This document shows, piece after piece, positions 12,383-25,100 of a stretch of DNA of 64,000 nt; the stretch's first letter is position 1; each line of letters begins with the position of its first letter. The position numbers were made by a program, and so were the translations under genes. The stretch covers positions 93,932,001 through 93,996,000 of the forward strand of contig NC_086107.1 of the NCBI RefSeq assembly GCF_963921235.1, written 5' to 3'. The notes under the pieces are model-generated. The model did not search any database, was not told where the DNA came from, and saw only the letters and a list, made by a program, of their open reading frames with translations. Source of the DNA: Mobula hypostoma. Taxonomy: Eukaryota.

Positions 12383-15300
12383 ATGGTTAATTTCATATCA
12401 TAGAATATTAATGGGTGTGGAAACCCAATCAAGAGGAAAAAGATATTATCATACCTTAAAGGTAAACAAATTGATGTTGCATTTGTCCAGGAAACACATT
12501 TTAAAGATGTTGAAGCACTGAAATTTAGAAGAGATTGGGTGGGCCAGGTATTCTATTCATCACTTAATAGCAAACAAAATGGGACAACGATTTTAATTAA
12601 CCAAAAACTTAATTTTGTATTGCTTGAAGAATTTAAAGACAAGGCAGGCAGGATAATTTGTATAGATGCACTTATTAATGGGGTGAAAGTAGTACTTTGT
12701 AACATATATGCATCTAATAAGGAAGACCCAGACTTTCTTAGCAAGGTGAACGAAATTTTAGGCACCAAGGAAGAAAAATAATTTTAGCAGTAGACTTTAA
12801 CCAAGTAATGGACCCTGTTATTGATAAAAGCAAATTACAGACATCACCAGTACCCAGGGACAGGGCTGCCTTACCTCAATTTATTGAGGATATCGGTCTG
12901 GTGGACATATGGCGATTGGTGAATCCATCCAGAAAAGAATATACATTTTTCTCTCATCGACATAAATCCTACTCTAGAATATATTTTTTTCTAATATCCA
13001 ACTCCATTGTTGAACAGGTGATAGACTGTAAAATTGGCCGATAGCATTATCAGACCATGCACCCGTTGGAATTCAAATTGATTTAAATACTGAAAGAGGA
13101 AGGAGGGGAATGAATACTATGCTGTTAAAAGATGAGGATTTCAGTGATAAGCTGGCTGAGGATCTGACTTCGTTTTTTGAATTGAACGCAGGGACCACAG
13201 TAAAGCTGTCCTCGGTATGGGAGGCATCCAAGGTGTATATAAGAGGAAAATTAATAGCACAAACATCTAAAAGGGAGAAAGAAAGTATGGAGCAAATAAA
13301 AAATCTGGAGGCAGAAATAACCACATTGGAAAAGGTTTTAGCAAGACAATATACCAATGATTTTTACAAAGATCTGTGGAATTTGAAATTCCAGCTAAAT
13401 AACATATAACAAAGAAGCAGAATATGCATTATTTAGATTAAAAACAAGTTTCTACGAAGGTGGTGACAAAGCTGGTAAGCTGCTGTCACGATATTTAAGG
13501 CAGCAGAATATGAATAGTGTTATACCTGTAATTAAGAAAGGGGATACATTAGTGTCATCATCTAAAGAAATAAATGAAGTCTTTCGACAGTTCTATGAAC
13601 ATCTATATGCATCACCGTTTAACCATGACCAGGAGCTGAATCAGTTTTTTGCTAACATAAAATTGCCTACATTATCCCCACAACAAGCTGAGTCCTTGGA
13701 TGCCCCAGTCACTGAGGATGAGGTCAGACGAGCTATTGTGGCTATGAAAATGGGGAAATCTCCAGGTATGGGTGGCTTCCCAGTTGAATATTATAAGAAA
13801 TTTCTGGACATATTGGCTCCTATTCTAATAAAAATCTATTCAGAAGCACTTAATTTGGAATCTTTACCGAATACATTTAATGAAGCATTAATATCGTTGA
13901 TCCCAAAAAAAGGCAGGGAGGCAACAGATCCTTCCAATTATAGGCCTATAAGCTTAATTAATGTGGACTGTAAGATACTGACTAAAATACTGGCTTTGCG
14001 ATTAGAGAAAGTATTGCCATCTATAATTAATACTGACTAGGTTGGCTTCATTAAAGGCAGATCCTCAACTGACAATTTAAGGAGATTACTGCACTTAATA
14101 TGGCAGAACTCCCCAAGTAGTATCCCAGTTACTGCCATCTCCCTGGACGCCGAAAAGGCCTTTGACAGGGTTGAATGGAGATTTTTAACCACAGCCTTGT
14201 CATTCTTTGGGTTTCGCTCTATCTTTAAATAATGGATTAGAATTTTGTATAAAAAGCCTAAGGTTGCACTTATTACAAATGGTATCATATCCCCATTTTT
14301 CAACATCTCACGGGGTACACGCCAAGGCTGCCCCCTCCCCCCACTGTTATTTACGATTTTTTTGGAACCACTGGCAATCATGATTAGAGCAGATCCAAAT
14401 GTCAGAGTGAAGGGAGCATAAGCTGATGCTATAGGCTGACGATAGTTTATTACTGATTCGGGACCCTTCTAACTCCTTACCCCCACTAATGAAAACAATT
14501 CAATTATACTCTGAGGTATCTCATTATAAAATCAACTGCAATAAATCTGAGGCTATGCCAATGTCAAAATTGTGTTTTTCAAACTCAGTATCTAATTTCA
14601 GATGGGTGCCAGTTGGAATGAAGTATCAAGGGGTCAAACTTAGTCAGAATTTGGATGAAATAATTACTTTAAATTATGACCCATTATTGAGTAAGATAAG
14701 AAATAATCTGGATAAGTGGGGGGCACTGAGACTGTCACTCTGGGATAAAATCAATGTAGTTAAAATGGTCATTGCACCTAGTTTAACTATCTTTCTATGA
14801 TGCTTCCTTTAAATATATCAGATTTGATCTACAAGCAGTACAACAAAATTATCAGGGATTTTCTATGGGATAAGAAGAAGCCCAGAATTAATATGAGTAA
14901 GATGTGTATGTTCAGGGACATGGGTGGACTCAGTCTACCAGATGTCAGGGCATATAAATTATCCTTTGATCACTTTGGAAAAATAAAGGTATTAATTCTT
15001 TTTTGGATTTATTTAAAGATAGATTGATGTCTTTTGAACAATTAATTGATAAATATTCTCTTTCATACTCACACTTTCTGCAATACCTTCAAGTTAGATA
15101 TCTTTTACAAAAATATTTAAGTAATTTTCCTTAAATATTGGAGGCTGTCCTGTTAGATACTATTATGAGTACAAATCCTTCAATCAAGGGTTCTATTGGA
15201 AGAATTTATAATTTATTATTACAGTGGATAAGCGTCCTTTATCTACGATTAAACAGGATTGGGAAAAGGAACTCAATTTGACTTTTATGATGGAGGATTG

Positions 15301-17263
15301 GATGCGGATTTTGAAGTTGGTTAACTCTTCTTCAATTTGTGCTAGCCATTCATTGATTCAATTTAAAATTGTACATCGTTATCATTTGAAAAAGGAGAGA
15401 CTTTCTAAAATCTTTCCTAATGTTGATAGTCATTATGATAGATGTAAAACTGAGATAGCTACACTGACACATATGTTTTGGTCTTGTTCTATATTGGAAC
15501 AGTTCTGGAAGTCGGTTTTCTTAACAATTTCTAAAGCACTTAAAATTAATCTACAACCTAATAAATTAACTGTGCTTTTTGGAATAATTCCTCAAAATAT
15601 TCATGGTATTTCTGTGTCTGACCAACATGTTATTACATTTGTTACATTGATTGCTAGGAGGGTCATTTTGTTGAAGTGGAAGGATATATCAGCTCCCACT
15701 TTGTCACAATGGTTCTCCCAAGTGATGCTATGTCTTAGTTTGGAGAAAATTAGAAGTCGAACCTTTGAACCTATATTTGATTTTGAGAAAAGATGGGGCT
15801 CATTTGCTTGTTATTATCATTGGAGCTAATTGATAGATTTTTTCCACGATCTAATTGTAAATTTTTTGGTATATTTTCTTTTCTTGCTGGCGGTTTGATG
15901 TTTATTTTTAGAAGCTTTTTATATGACGCATGGCTCCGGGGTTGTACACCGAATGGGTTCTTTTTTTTCCCCTCACTATTCTGCTTAGTAGGTTTGTTCT
16001 GTTATCACCAATTTTTTTTTTCAATCTTTAAGATAATGTCTTTTTTGAGATATTGTAAGTGTTGTTACTTCAAAGTACGAGTGTTATTTCTTTTGTATAA
16101 CAATAAAAAGATTTGAAAAGAAATTATCCTTTGAAATGACCAAGTTAGCTAAACATTGGGACAGGGCTGATGTTGACTTAGATTGGGTAATTATAGAACA
16201 GAGCCTGGCTGCACCACATTCTCCCCTTAACATCCTCTCACAACATGTGGAAAACAAGACCAATCTAAATCCTATACTATTTCACTCAAGGAGTATGTGG
16301 AGTACAATTCATAAAGCTTGTAGAATGTCACATTTAAACCAGTTATACTCCTCGCTCTGGAATAACCCTGAGATACGCATTGGAAAAAGAATGGTGTATT
16401 GGAAAGAATGGAAGATTGAAGGTGTAAATACAATACGTGATCTCTATGAGAATGGGATTTTTATGTCATATGTGGATTTGCAGAGGAAATACAACCTTGT
16501 AGATAAAGGAAATTTTTGGAAGTATTTGCAAATAAGACATTGCGTTAGTAGCATACTCAAGAACGATGACCCACAAAGTAACTCTTTAACTGAATACTTT
16601 ACATTACCACAGGAAATTCATAAAGTATCAGCGTTTTATAAAATGTTCAAGCATTCTGTGGGTGAATCGTGTAACAATCTCAAAGCAGTATGGCAGAAGG
16701 ATCTTGAAAGTGATATTGAAGATAATGAGTAGTCTGATATTTTATCAAATGTGGGTAGACATATTAGGGAAGCGAGAGGGAAAATTATTCAATATAAGAT
16801 TATTCAATATACAGATATTATTGAACACCAACTAGACTCCACAAAATGGGGATTGTTGATAATAATTTATGCTGGAAATGTAAAAATGAGGTGGGCACAT
16901 ATTTTCACATGACTTGAGAGTGTTCCATGGTTCGTCCATTTTGGTGTAAAGTTCTTGATCTGTTGGGGAACTGGTCGGGTTCCACACTGCCCTTGTGCCC
17001 ACGGCTTTGTCTCCTGGGTGAAAGGACAATGATACCTAATGTAAACAATGACAAGTTCACTATTTTAAAGGTGGGTCTCATCACAGCTGAAAGAATTATA
17101 TTGCAAAACTGGAAAAAACCCAGATGTCCCACTGTGAAGGAATGGACTACGGAAATGATTAAGATTTCATTATAAGAACACATGTTGGGAAGAATTAACA
17201 GTGAGGGAAAAGTGCAAGATGCGTGGGATCAATTTTGGTTGTATGTTAATTTAAACAAATTAG
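12383..17263 (+). pseudogene. L1 ORF2 (EN/RT), multiple stops and frameshifts plus a nested insertion
   Basis: Fragments 12539-12781, 12808-13044, 13110-13409, 13510-14040, 14489-14969, 16136-16732 and 16927-17175 are colinear with L1 ORF2. Confidence 0.85.
14970..16120 (+). mobile_element. 5'-truncated L1 of a second family nested in L1 ORF2
   Basis: 14-bp TSD AAATTATCCTTTGA (14956-14969, 16121-16134). ORF 15224-15829 (VNSSSICASHSLIQFK...HMFWSC...LEKIRS) resembles the C-terminus of the L1 at 39732-45587. Confidence 0.88.
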
Positions 17264-19009
17264 AACTTCTTTATGTTTCTAAGTTGTACTTGTTTTCCTG
17301 TCATGGGATGGCTGTGTAAATATGCTGTACTCTATCTGCTCTATAACATGCTCTGCCACTTTGTAAAACAAGAATAAATAATAATAAAAATTTGAATTAC
17401 AAAAAAAAAAGACCATTAGACATGGGAACAAATTAGGCCATTCAGCCCTTCAAGTATGCTCCACCATCCATCATGGCTGATGTATAATCCCTCTCAACTC
17501 CATTCTCTTGCCTTCTCCCCATAACGTTGACACCTTTACTAAATCAAGAACTGAACAGCCTCTGCTTTAAATTTACCCCCTCCATTGCCATCTGTGGCAA
17601 TGAATTCCAGACTCACCAACCTCTAGCTAAAGAAACTATTTGTGTTGCCATAATTTCACGGATAAGAACTATGAACTACGTATGTTAGACGTGAGTGCTG
17701 GCCAAAGTCAAAGTCCCATCTTCAAATCACTCACCACTAAGGTTTAGTCCTATCTGTGAACCTTTTCAGTTCCTGCTCCAAATCTCCAAATTTGTGGCAT
17801 CAAAGCTGAAGAATTCATGATAATGGAACAATGATGTGTCCCACTGCAGATTAGTGTGGATAACTTCACTCACCTCAACTCTGAAATGATTCTGCAATCT
17901 ACAGACTCACTTTCAAGAACTCTTTAAGCTCATGTTCTCAGTATTATTTATGTTTTCCACACAATTTGTCTTCTTTTACACATTGGTTGCTTGTCAGTCT
18001 TTGTGCACATGTAGCGTTTCATTAATTCTATTCTATTTTTTTATTTTCCTGTAAATGCCTGCAAGAAAATGTATCTCAGGGTAGTATCTAGTGACACATA
18101 GCTTGATAATACATGTTCTTTGATTTTATTTCTCAAGTGCCAAACAAATTGACTTTGAAGCCACTGACTGTTTCCATCTTGCAAGCAGCAAATTCTTGCC
18201 CTTACCTATTTTAAGTTTTAAAAAAGGTTTCTGTCATATTTTAGCTGAAAATTTAAATCTATGCCCCCCTCCCCCTATCCTAAACTATCTGCTAATGGAA
18301 ACAACATCCTTGCATTTATACCACCAAAATTTTGAACACTTGTCAATTCTCCTATCAAGTCTCTTGCTCCAAGGAGAACACCAGCTAGCCCAAAGTAATC
18401 TTATAGCAGAACTGCCTCACTGCCCATCTAATAGACCCCCCTGCAGCGCCAGAGCATACACATCCTTCTTAAAGTGCAGTTACCAGAAATGGGCACTTTG
18501 CACATAACTGTTGTCTTGGTTGAACTTCGTGGCTTTTGCATTCCTGCCTCTACTCACCAATCCCAGGACCTCCTTTGCTTCACTAGATCAATAGAGGAAT
18601 ACAATTTCTAAGGAACAGCACCAATCTTCATTCACTCCCCACAGACATGATCAAGACAGAGATTAATAAATTATATGTTTGTGACAGACCATCAACAGAT
18701 TCTTAAGATACAATGGAAATCAAGGCATATAGTATTTGCATGTGAAAGTGGAATTGAGGTATCAGATCAGTCAAGGGGCTGAATGATTTACTCCCACTAA
18801 TTCCTATAGTCCCACTAATTTCAGCTCTGGTTGCCTCGTTATGATAATAATAACCTATATAGAGAGAACTTTTCATATAGAGGATCTACAATGGGATAAA
18901 GTACAAACATGAAAATAAAAGACAAAAAGAAGTTAGTTAAAATCAAGCAACACACATCAAAGTTGCTGGTGAACGCAGTAGGCCAAGCAGCATTTGTAGG
19001 AAGAGGTGC

Positions 19010-19045
19010 AGTCGACGTTTCAGGCCGAGACCCTTCGTCAGGACT
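19010..19045 (-). ncRNA. Minimal type I hammerhead ribozyme of the Penelope-like element (intact core)
   Basis: Minus strand reads AGUC-CUGACGA-AGG-gucucgg-CCU-GAAAC-GUC/GACU. Stem I is AGUC:GACU and stem II AGG:CCU. Stem III is a loopless ACGU palindrome, as in PLE minimal hammerheads. Predicted cleavage between 19014 and 19013. Confidence 0.85.
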
Positions 19046-19337
19046 AACTGAAGGAAGAGTGAGTAAGGGATTTGAAAGTTGGAGGGGGAGGGGGAGATCC
19101 AAAATGATAGAAGACAGAAGGGGGAGGGATAGAGCCAAGAGCTGGACAGGTGATAGGCAAAAGGGGATACGATGGGATCATGGGACAGGAAGTCCGGGAA
19201 GAAAGACAAGGGCGGGGGGAACCCAGAGGATGGGCAAGAGGTATATTCAGAGGGACAGAGGGAGAAAAAGGAGAGTGAGAGAAAGAATGTGTGCATAAAA
19301 ATAAGTAACAGATGGGGTACGAGGGGGAGGTGGGACA

Positions 19338-21856
19338 TTAGCGGAAGTTAGAGAAGTCAATGTTCATGCCATCAGGTTGGAGGCTACCCAGACGGAATAT
19401 AAGGTGTTGTTCCTCCAACCTGAGTGTGGCTTCATCTTTACAGTAGAGGAGGCCGTGGATAGACATGTCAGAATGGGAATGGGATGTGGAATTAAAATGT
19501 GTGGCCACTGGGAGATCCTGCTTTCTCTGGCGGACAGAGCGCAGATGTTCAGTAAAGCGGTCTCCCAGTCTGCGTCGGGTCTCGCCAATATATAAAAGGC
19601 CACATCGGGAGCACCGGACGCAGTATATCACCCCAGTCGACTCACAGGTGAAGTGTTGCCTCACCTGGAAGGACTGTCTGGGGCCCTGAATGGTAGTAAG
19701 GGAGGAAGTATAAGGGCATGTGTAGCACTTGTTCCGCTTACACGGATAAGTGCCGGGAGGGAGATCAGTGGGGAGGGATGGGGGGGACGAATGGACAAGG
19801 GAGTTGTGTAGGGAGCGATCCCTGCGGAATGCAGAGAGAGGGGGGGAGGGAAAGATGTGCTTAGTGGTGGGATCCCGTTGGAGGTGGCGGAAGTTACGGA
19901 GAATAATATGTTGGACCTGGAGGCTGGTGGGGTGGTAGGTGAGGACCAGGGGAACCCTATTCCTAGTGGGGTCGCGGGAGGATGGAGTGAGAGCAGATGT
20001 ACATGAAATGGGGGAGATGCGTTTAAGAGCAGAGTTGATAGTGGAGGAAGGGAAGCCCCTTTCTTTAAAAAAGGAAGATATCTCCCTCGTCCTAGAATGA
20101 AAAGCCTCATCCTGAGAGCAGATGCGGCGGAGACGGAGGAATTGCGAGAAGGGGATGGCGTTTTTGCAACAGACAGGGTGAGAAGAGGAATAGTCCAGAT
20201 AGCTGTGAGAGTCAGTAGGCTTATAGTAGACATCAGTGGATAAGCTGTCTCCAGAGACAGAGACAGAAACAGAAAGATCTAGAAAGGGGAGGGAGGGGTC
20301 GGAAATGGACCAGGTAAACTTGAGGGCAGGGTGAAAGTCGGAGGCAAAGTTAATAAAGTCAACGAGTTCTGCATGCGTGCAGGAAGCAGCGCCAATGCAG
20401 TCGTCGATGTAGCAAAGGAAAAGTGGGGGACAGATACCAGAATAGGCACGGAACATAGATTGTTCCACAAACCCAACAAAAAGGCAGGCATAGCTAGGAC
20501 CCATACGGGTGCCCATAGCTACACCTTTAGTTTGGAGGAAGTGGGAGGAGCCAAAGGAGAAATTATTAAGAGTAAGGACTAATTCCGCTAGACGGAGCAG
20601 AATGGTGGTAGAGGGGAACTGATTAGGTCTGGAATCCAAAAAGAAGCGTAGAGCTTTGAGACCTTCCTGATGGGGGATGGAAGTATATAAGGACTGGACA
20701 TCCATGGTGAAAATAAAGCGGTGGGGGCCAGGGAACTTAAAATCATTGAAAAGTTTAAGAGCGTGAGAAGTGTCACGAACATAGGTCGGAAAGAATTGAA
20801 CAAGAGGTGATAAAACAGTGTCGAGGTATGCAGAAATGAGTTCGGTGGGGCAGGAGCAAGCTGAGACAATAGGTTGGCCAGGACAGGCAAGGTTGTGGAT
20901 CTTGGGTAGGAGGTAGAAACGGGAAGTGCGGGGTGTGGGAACTATAAGGTTGGTAGCAGTGGATGGGAGATCCCCTGAGCGGATAAAGTCGGTGATGGTG
21001 TGGGAGACAATGGCCTGGTGCTCCTTAGTGGGGTCATGATCGAGGGGTAAATAAGAGGAGGTATCCGCGAGTTGTCGCTGTGCCTCAGCAAGGTAGAGGT
21101 CAGTACACCAGACTACAACAGCACCCCCCTTATCGGCGGGTTTAATAATAAGGTTAGGATTAGTGCGGAGGGAGTGGAGAGCAGAGCGTTCCAAAGGAGT
21201 GAGGTTGGAATGGGGACAAGGTGCGGTGAAGTCGAGACGGTTGATGTCCCATCGGCAGTTAGCGATTAAGAGATCCAGAGCAGGCAGAAGACTAGAGTGG
21301 GGTGTCCATGAAGAAGAGGAGGGTTGAAGACGGGAGAAGGGGTTATCGGTGGGGGTGGAAGAGTCCTTGCCGAAGAAGTAGGCTCGGAGACGGAGACGGC
21401 GGAAGAAAAGTTCCGCATCGTGGCGAACACGGAACTCGCTGAGGTGTGGGCGAAGGGGGACAAAGGTGAGGCCCTTACTGAGGACAGAGCGTTCTGCCTC
21501 CGACAGTTGAGGGTCGGAGGGGATGGTAAAGACCCGACACGGATGAGAGCTGGGATCAGAGGCGGGAGGAGGGAGGCTGAGGGTGTCAATGGAGAGGGGA
21601 GGGTTGGGGTGAGAGGAAGATGGAGCCTCTGAGGGCCCAGGAGTTGACGGTGGGATCTGAGGAAGAAGGGGCTGTGGAGTGGTGGTGGGGGAAGGGGAGA
21701 CGGAAGTCACAACAGCAGCACATAAAGACCCGGCCTGGAGTTCAAGGCTGGCGTCGCAGTTGGTGGTTGCGCAATCGCTGTGAAGGTGTCCATGGTCGTT
21801 GCTGGAGTCCGGGTTTTGAATATGTCCATGGTCGTTGCTGGAGTCCGGGTTTTGAA
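19338..21856 (-). CDS. Penelope-like RT + GIY-YIG endonuclease (uninterrupted frame; element-derived part of the 861-aa ORF)
   Basis: PLE motifs LSKGLTFVP, KPADKGGAVVV, FYLLPKIH, MDVQSLYTSIP, GVAMGTRMGP, YIDD, FLDL, VYYKPT. Cys-rich linker (CKRNKCYTC). GIY-YIG (VIYCVRCSRCGLLYIGETRR...EH...HF...EQHLI...GMN). Confidence 0.93.
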
Positions 21857-21858
21857 TA
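21787..21858. repeat. 36-bp perfect tandem duplication at the 5' junction of the Penelope copy
   Basis: TGTCCATGGTCGTTGCTGGAGTCCGGGTTTTGAATA x2 (21787-21822, 21823-21858). Encodes IQNPDSSNDHGH twice. Confidence 0.95.
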
Positions 21859-21924
21859 GTTAAAATCAAAATTAAATAAATAAGTTTTGAGCTGGCGTAT
21901 AAAAGTGCCAACTGAGTCTGCATC

Positions 21925-22260
21925 CCTTATTGTTTTAGGTACTGAAATCCACAGTTTAGTTCAAAAAAGCTGACTTGCCAATTATCTTTTGAGGGAGATT
22001 GCTTAGATTTAAGGCAGAAGTTGTTCTGAGTGCTCGGACAGTACTATAAAATGAAAGGGATTCTGTGATGTACTCTAGTCCCAGGCCATGGAGAGCTTTA
22101 AAAAAAACATGCAAGAGAATTTTAAAATTAATTCTAACAGATCTTAGAAGCCAATGCAAAGTAGCTAGTACTGGAGTAATATGCTCCCCCCATCCTAGTT
22201 TTAGTAGTCTAGCAACAGTATTCTTATAGGAACGATGTTGAGCTTTAGAGAGGACACAGA
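21925..22260 (-). mobile_element. L2-type LINE 3' fragment
   Basis: ARLL...EHITPVLATLHWL...RINFKILL...KALHGLG.EYITESL, a typical fish L2 C-terminus. Confidence 0.75.
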
Positions 22261-23735
22261 GGAGATTTACCAAGATGCTGCCTGTATTGGAGAGCATGTC
22301 TTACAAGGATGGGTTGAGTGAGCTAGGGCTTTTCTCTTTGCAATGGAGGATGACAGGTGATTTAACAGAGGAGTACAAAATGATAACAGGTATTGAGTGG
22401 ATAGCCAGAGACTTTTCCCCAGGGCGGGAATGGCTAATATGAGGCGATGTAATTTTAAGGTGGTTGGAGGAAAGCAAAGAGTGGATGTCAGAGGCAAATT
22501 TCTTTTTGTTACACAGAAAGTGGTGAGTGCGTAGAATGTTCTGCCAGAAGTGGTGGTACTGGCAGATACATTAAGTGCATTTAAGAAACTCATAGGTAGG
22601 CACATGGATGAAAAATGGAGGAGGGAAGGGTTAGATTGATCTTAGAGTAGGTTAAAAGGTTGGCACAACATTGTGAGCTAAAGTTACCTGTATTGCATTG
22701 TCATATTTTATGCTCTTATACACTGTCCATTAATTCTCCAATTAAAGGAGATGGACAGATTTACCAATATTCTCGCAGAATTGCAAGAGACACAAGAGAA
22801 GCAGATGCTATAATCGGGAGCAACAAACAATCCGCTGGAGGAATGCAACAGGTTGAGCAGCATCAGTACGGGGCAGAGGTTCAAGAAATTATGGAAGTTT
22901 CAGATCATAATTAGTAGATTTAAACCTAAAAGATAATTTTTTTTAAAAAAACAAATGGTTAGCTACTGAGCCTACTTTAGAATAGAGGTGCGGAGAAATT
23001 TCTTTAACCACTGGGTGGTGAATCAGTGGAATTCATTGCCACAGACGGCTGTCAAGGCCAACTCATTGGGTATATTCAAAGCAGAGGTTGATAGGTTCCT
23101 GATCAGTAAGGGTATCAAAGGTTATAGAGAGAAGGAAAGAGAATGGAGTTGAGAGGGATAATAAATCAGTCAAATACCTAATTCTGCTTCCATGTCTTAC
23201 TGATGTAGTGCAATAAAATTTCACCGTTGTTGAGTCAAGGGTACTAATACCGTAAACACAGCTAGAGGAATCCAACCAGAAACTCACCAAGTAAATCAGA
23301 GTTTTCTGTGACCACAGCCATCTTTCCACACTCAATGTTCTCCTTTTATGCTACCACTTCCCACCCTGACCCACACCAACTAAAATAATTTGTCAAGGAT
23401 TGACACAAAATGTGCTCAACATAATGACAGTTAGTCAAATTTCTCCTTGTATTACGGTGCTTAAAGCAAAGGGTGATGAGAGCTTCACTGAACTGAATGT
23501 TCACTGATTGTTAATGCAAATGACGCTATTCACTGTATGTTCCGATGTACACGTGATAAATAATCTTGAATATTGATCTTGAAACTACCATGTACAATGG
23601 AAGTTGCTTCTGAAATAAGTTTCAGATGCCAGGTCACAATACAACTAGACCAAAAGATTTATTACAATGTTCTGAAATATTCTGCAAACACTCTTTGGGT
23701 GAATTTGTAGCTCATGTAATTTTATTGATGCCTAC

Positions 23736-23834
23736 CACTCGAACAAAGGATGATACATAATCCAAGGTGGAGCTCTCACTGCCTGGCTTCCTTGGGATTC
23801 TAATTCGGTACAACCCGTCTGTACTAGCCATATC
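23736..23834 (-). CDS. EMC10: EMC10 coding exon 4 (DMASTDGLYRIRIPRKPGSESSTLDYVSSFVRV)
   Basis: Acceptor tttcattctgcag, donor GTG|gtaggc, 99 nt, phase 0. Matches human DVAALNGLYRVRIPRRPG...YVSSFV. Confidence 0.92.
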
Positions 23835-24429
23835 CTGCAGAATGAAAGACATACAAATGTTAAAAGATAAGAAGATTAGCTTTATTATCACATGTATATC
23901 GAAATATACTTTGTTTGTGTCAAAGACCAACACAGTCTGAGATGTGCTGAGAGTTGCCATGTTTCCTGCAACAGCATAGCAAACCTATAAGTTACTAACC
24001 CTAACCCATACGTCTTTGGAATATGGGAGAAAGTCAGAGCACCCAGAGGAAATGCACATGCCACAAGGAGAATGCACAAACCCCTGACAGATAACAGAAT
24101 GAACTGAACCCCAATTTTACAGCTGACACTACAAGGTGTTATGCTAACTGCTAAGCTACTGTGTAATCATTGGCAAATGATATCCAAGTTAAAAACTTGA
24201 TTAATGAAAACACTTTTGGAATTGTTAGGTGGTACTCCTTCCATTGTTCTTGTAGTATGTCCCAATGCAGAATTCCTGTTCTCAATGCATCCCAAGCGCT
24301 CCTCTTCCACTTTGGGCAGATTCTCAGGGGACAATAGAATCGTCTTCATAGAAGCTCCAAGCACATCTTTGAATCATTCTGCTTGCCCACTAATCTCCTC
24401 CCACTACAAGGTTCAGAATAGATGAGGCA

Positions 24430-25100
24430 CAAGAGACCACAGAAGCTGGAATCAGGAGCAACAATTAATCTCCTGGAGAAAGTCAGTGGGTTGAGCAGCA
24501 TCTGCAGAAGGAAATGTCAACGTTTCAGGATAAAGCCCTGCATCAGGACTGAGACTGGCAAGGGGTATAAAATGACAGAGAGGTAGTGTTAAAGTAGGTC
24601 TGTCCATGGCCTCCTCTAGTACTATGACGAGGCCAAACTCAAGGCAAAGGAGCAACACTCATATTCTGTCTGGGTAACCTCCAACCTGATGGCATGAGGA
24701 CCAATTTCTTTTATCTTCTGATAATTTCTCCCTGCTCCCTCCTTTTTTATTCCCTCTCACCTCTTCTCCTCAGCTCCCTCTAGTTCTGCTCCTCCTTCCC
24801 TTTCTTTCATAGTTCATTCTCCTGTCCTACCAGATTCCTTCTTCTTCAGCCTTTACCCCTTCCACCTATTCCCTCACAGCTTCTCACTTCATCACCCCCT
24901 CCACCAAACCACCTTCTCCCACACCTGGTCTCACCTATGGCCCTGTACTCCATCCCTTCTCCCCATCTTTTTAATCTGGCTTGTTCTCCCTTCCTTTCTG
25001 GTCTTGATGAAAAGTCATGGCCTGAAACGTTGTAAGTTTATTCCTCTCCAAGGATTCTGCCAGACTTGCTGAGTTCCTCCAGCATTTTGTACGCGGTGCT
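24430..25100. mobile_element. Older Penelope-derived inverted pair (minus terminal piece ~24430-24560, plus 3' fragment ~24600-25100)
   Basis: Hammerhead variants ctcagtc-CTGATGC...GAAACgtt-gac (minus, 24516-24550) and gtc-TTGATGA...cct-GAAACgtt (plus, ~25001-25032). GIY-YIG C-terminal remnant (EQHSYSVWVTSNLMA-like). Confidence 0.7.

Larger units (their letters stand above)
10911..17408 (+). mobile_element. Full-length L1-clade LINE (disabled), interrupted by a second L1
   Basis: 11-bp TSD AAGACCATTAG (10900-10910, 17409-17419), G-rich 5' end, AATAAA + poly(A) tail. ORF1 remnants (ELENWSGRNNVRL...ERAH...FFPDMSRE...YPAVLRF). ORF2 remnants from ATG 12383 (APE-EN; RT with YRPISLINVD, SLDAEKAFD, GTRQGCP). 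Confidence 0.92.
18947..21856 (-). mobile_element. Penelope-like retroelement (Neptune-type), young, 5'-truncated
   Basis: 13-bp TSD TAGTTAAAATCAA at 18934-18946 and 21857-21869. Contains an RT + GIY-YIG ORF, a pyrimidine-rich 3' region and a hammerhead motif. Confidence 0.92.

Noticed and set aside
19364..21859. Numerous alternative-frame and antisense ORFs within the Penelope element
   Set aside because: Shadow ORFs of a GC-rich coding sequence with no recognisable motifs.
19338..21923. Domesticated host gene or selenoprotein-type (Naiad) Penelope
   Set aside because: The TSD, the 5' truncation and multiple related copies indicate an ordinary insertion. There is no in-frame TGA, so no evidence for selenocysteine.
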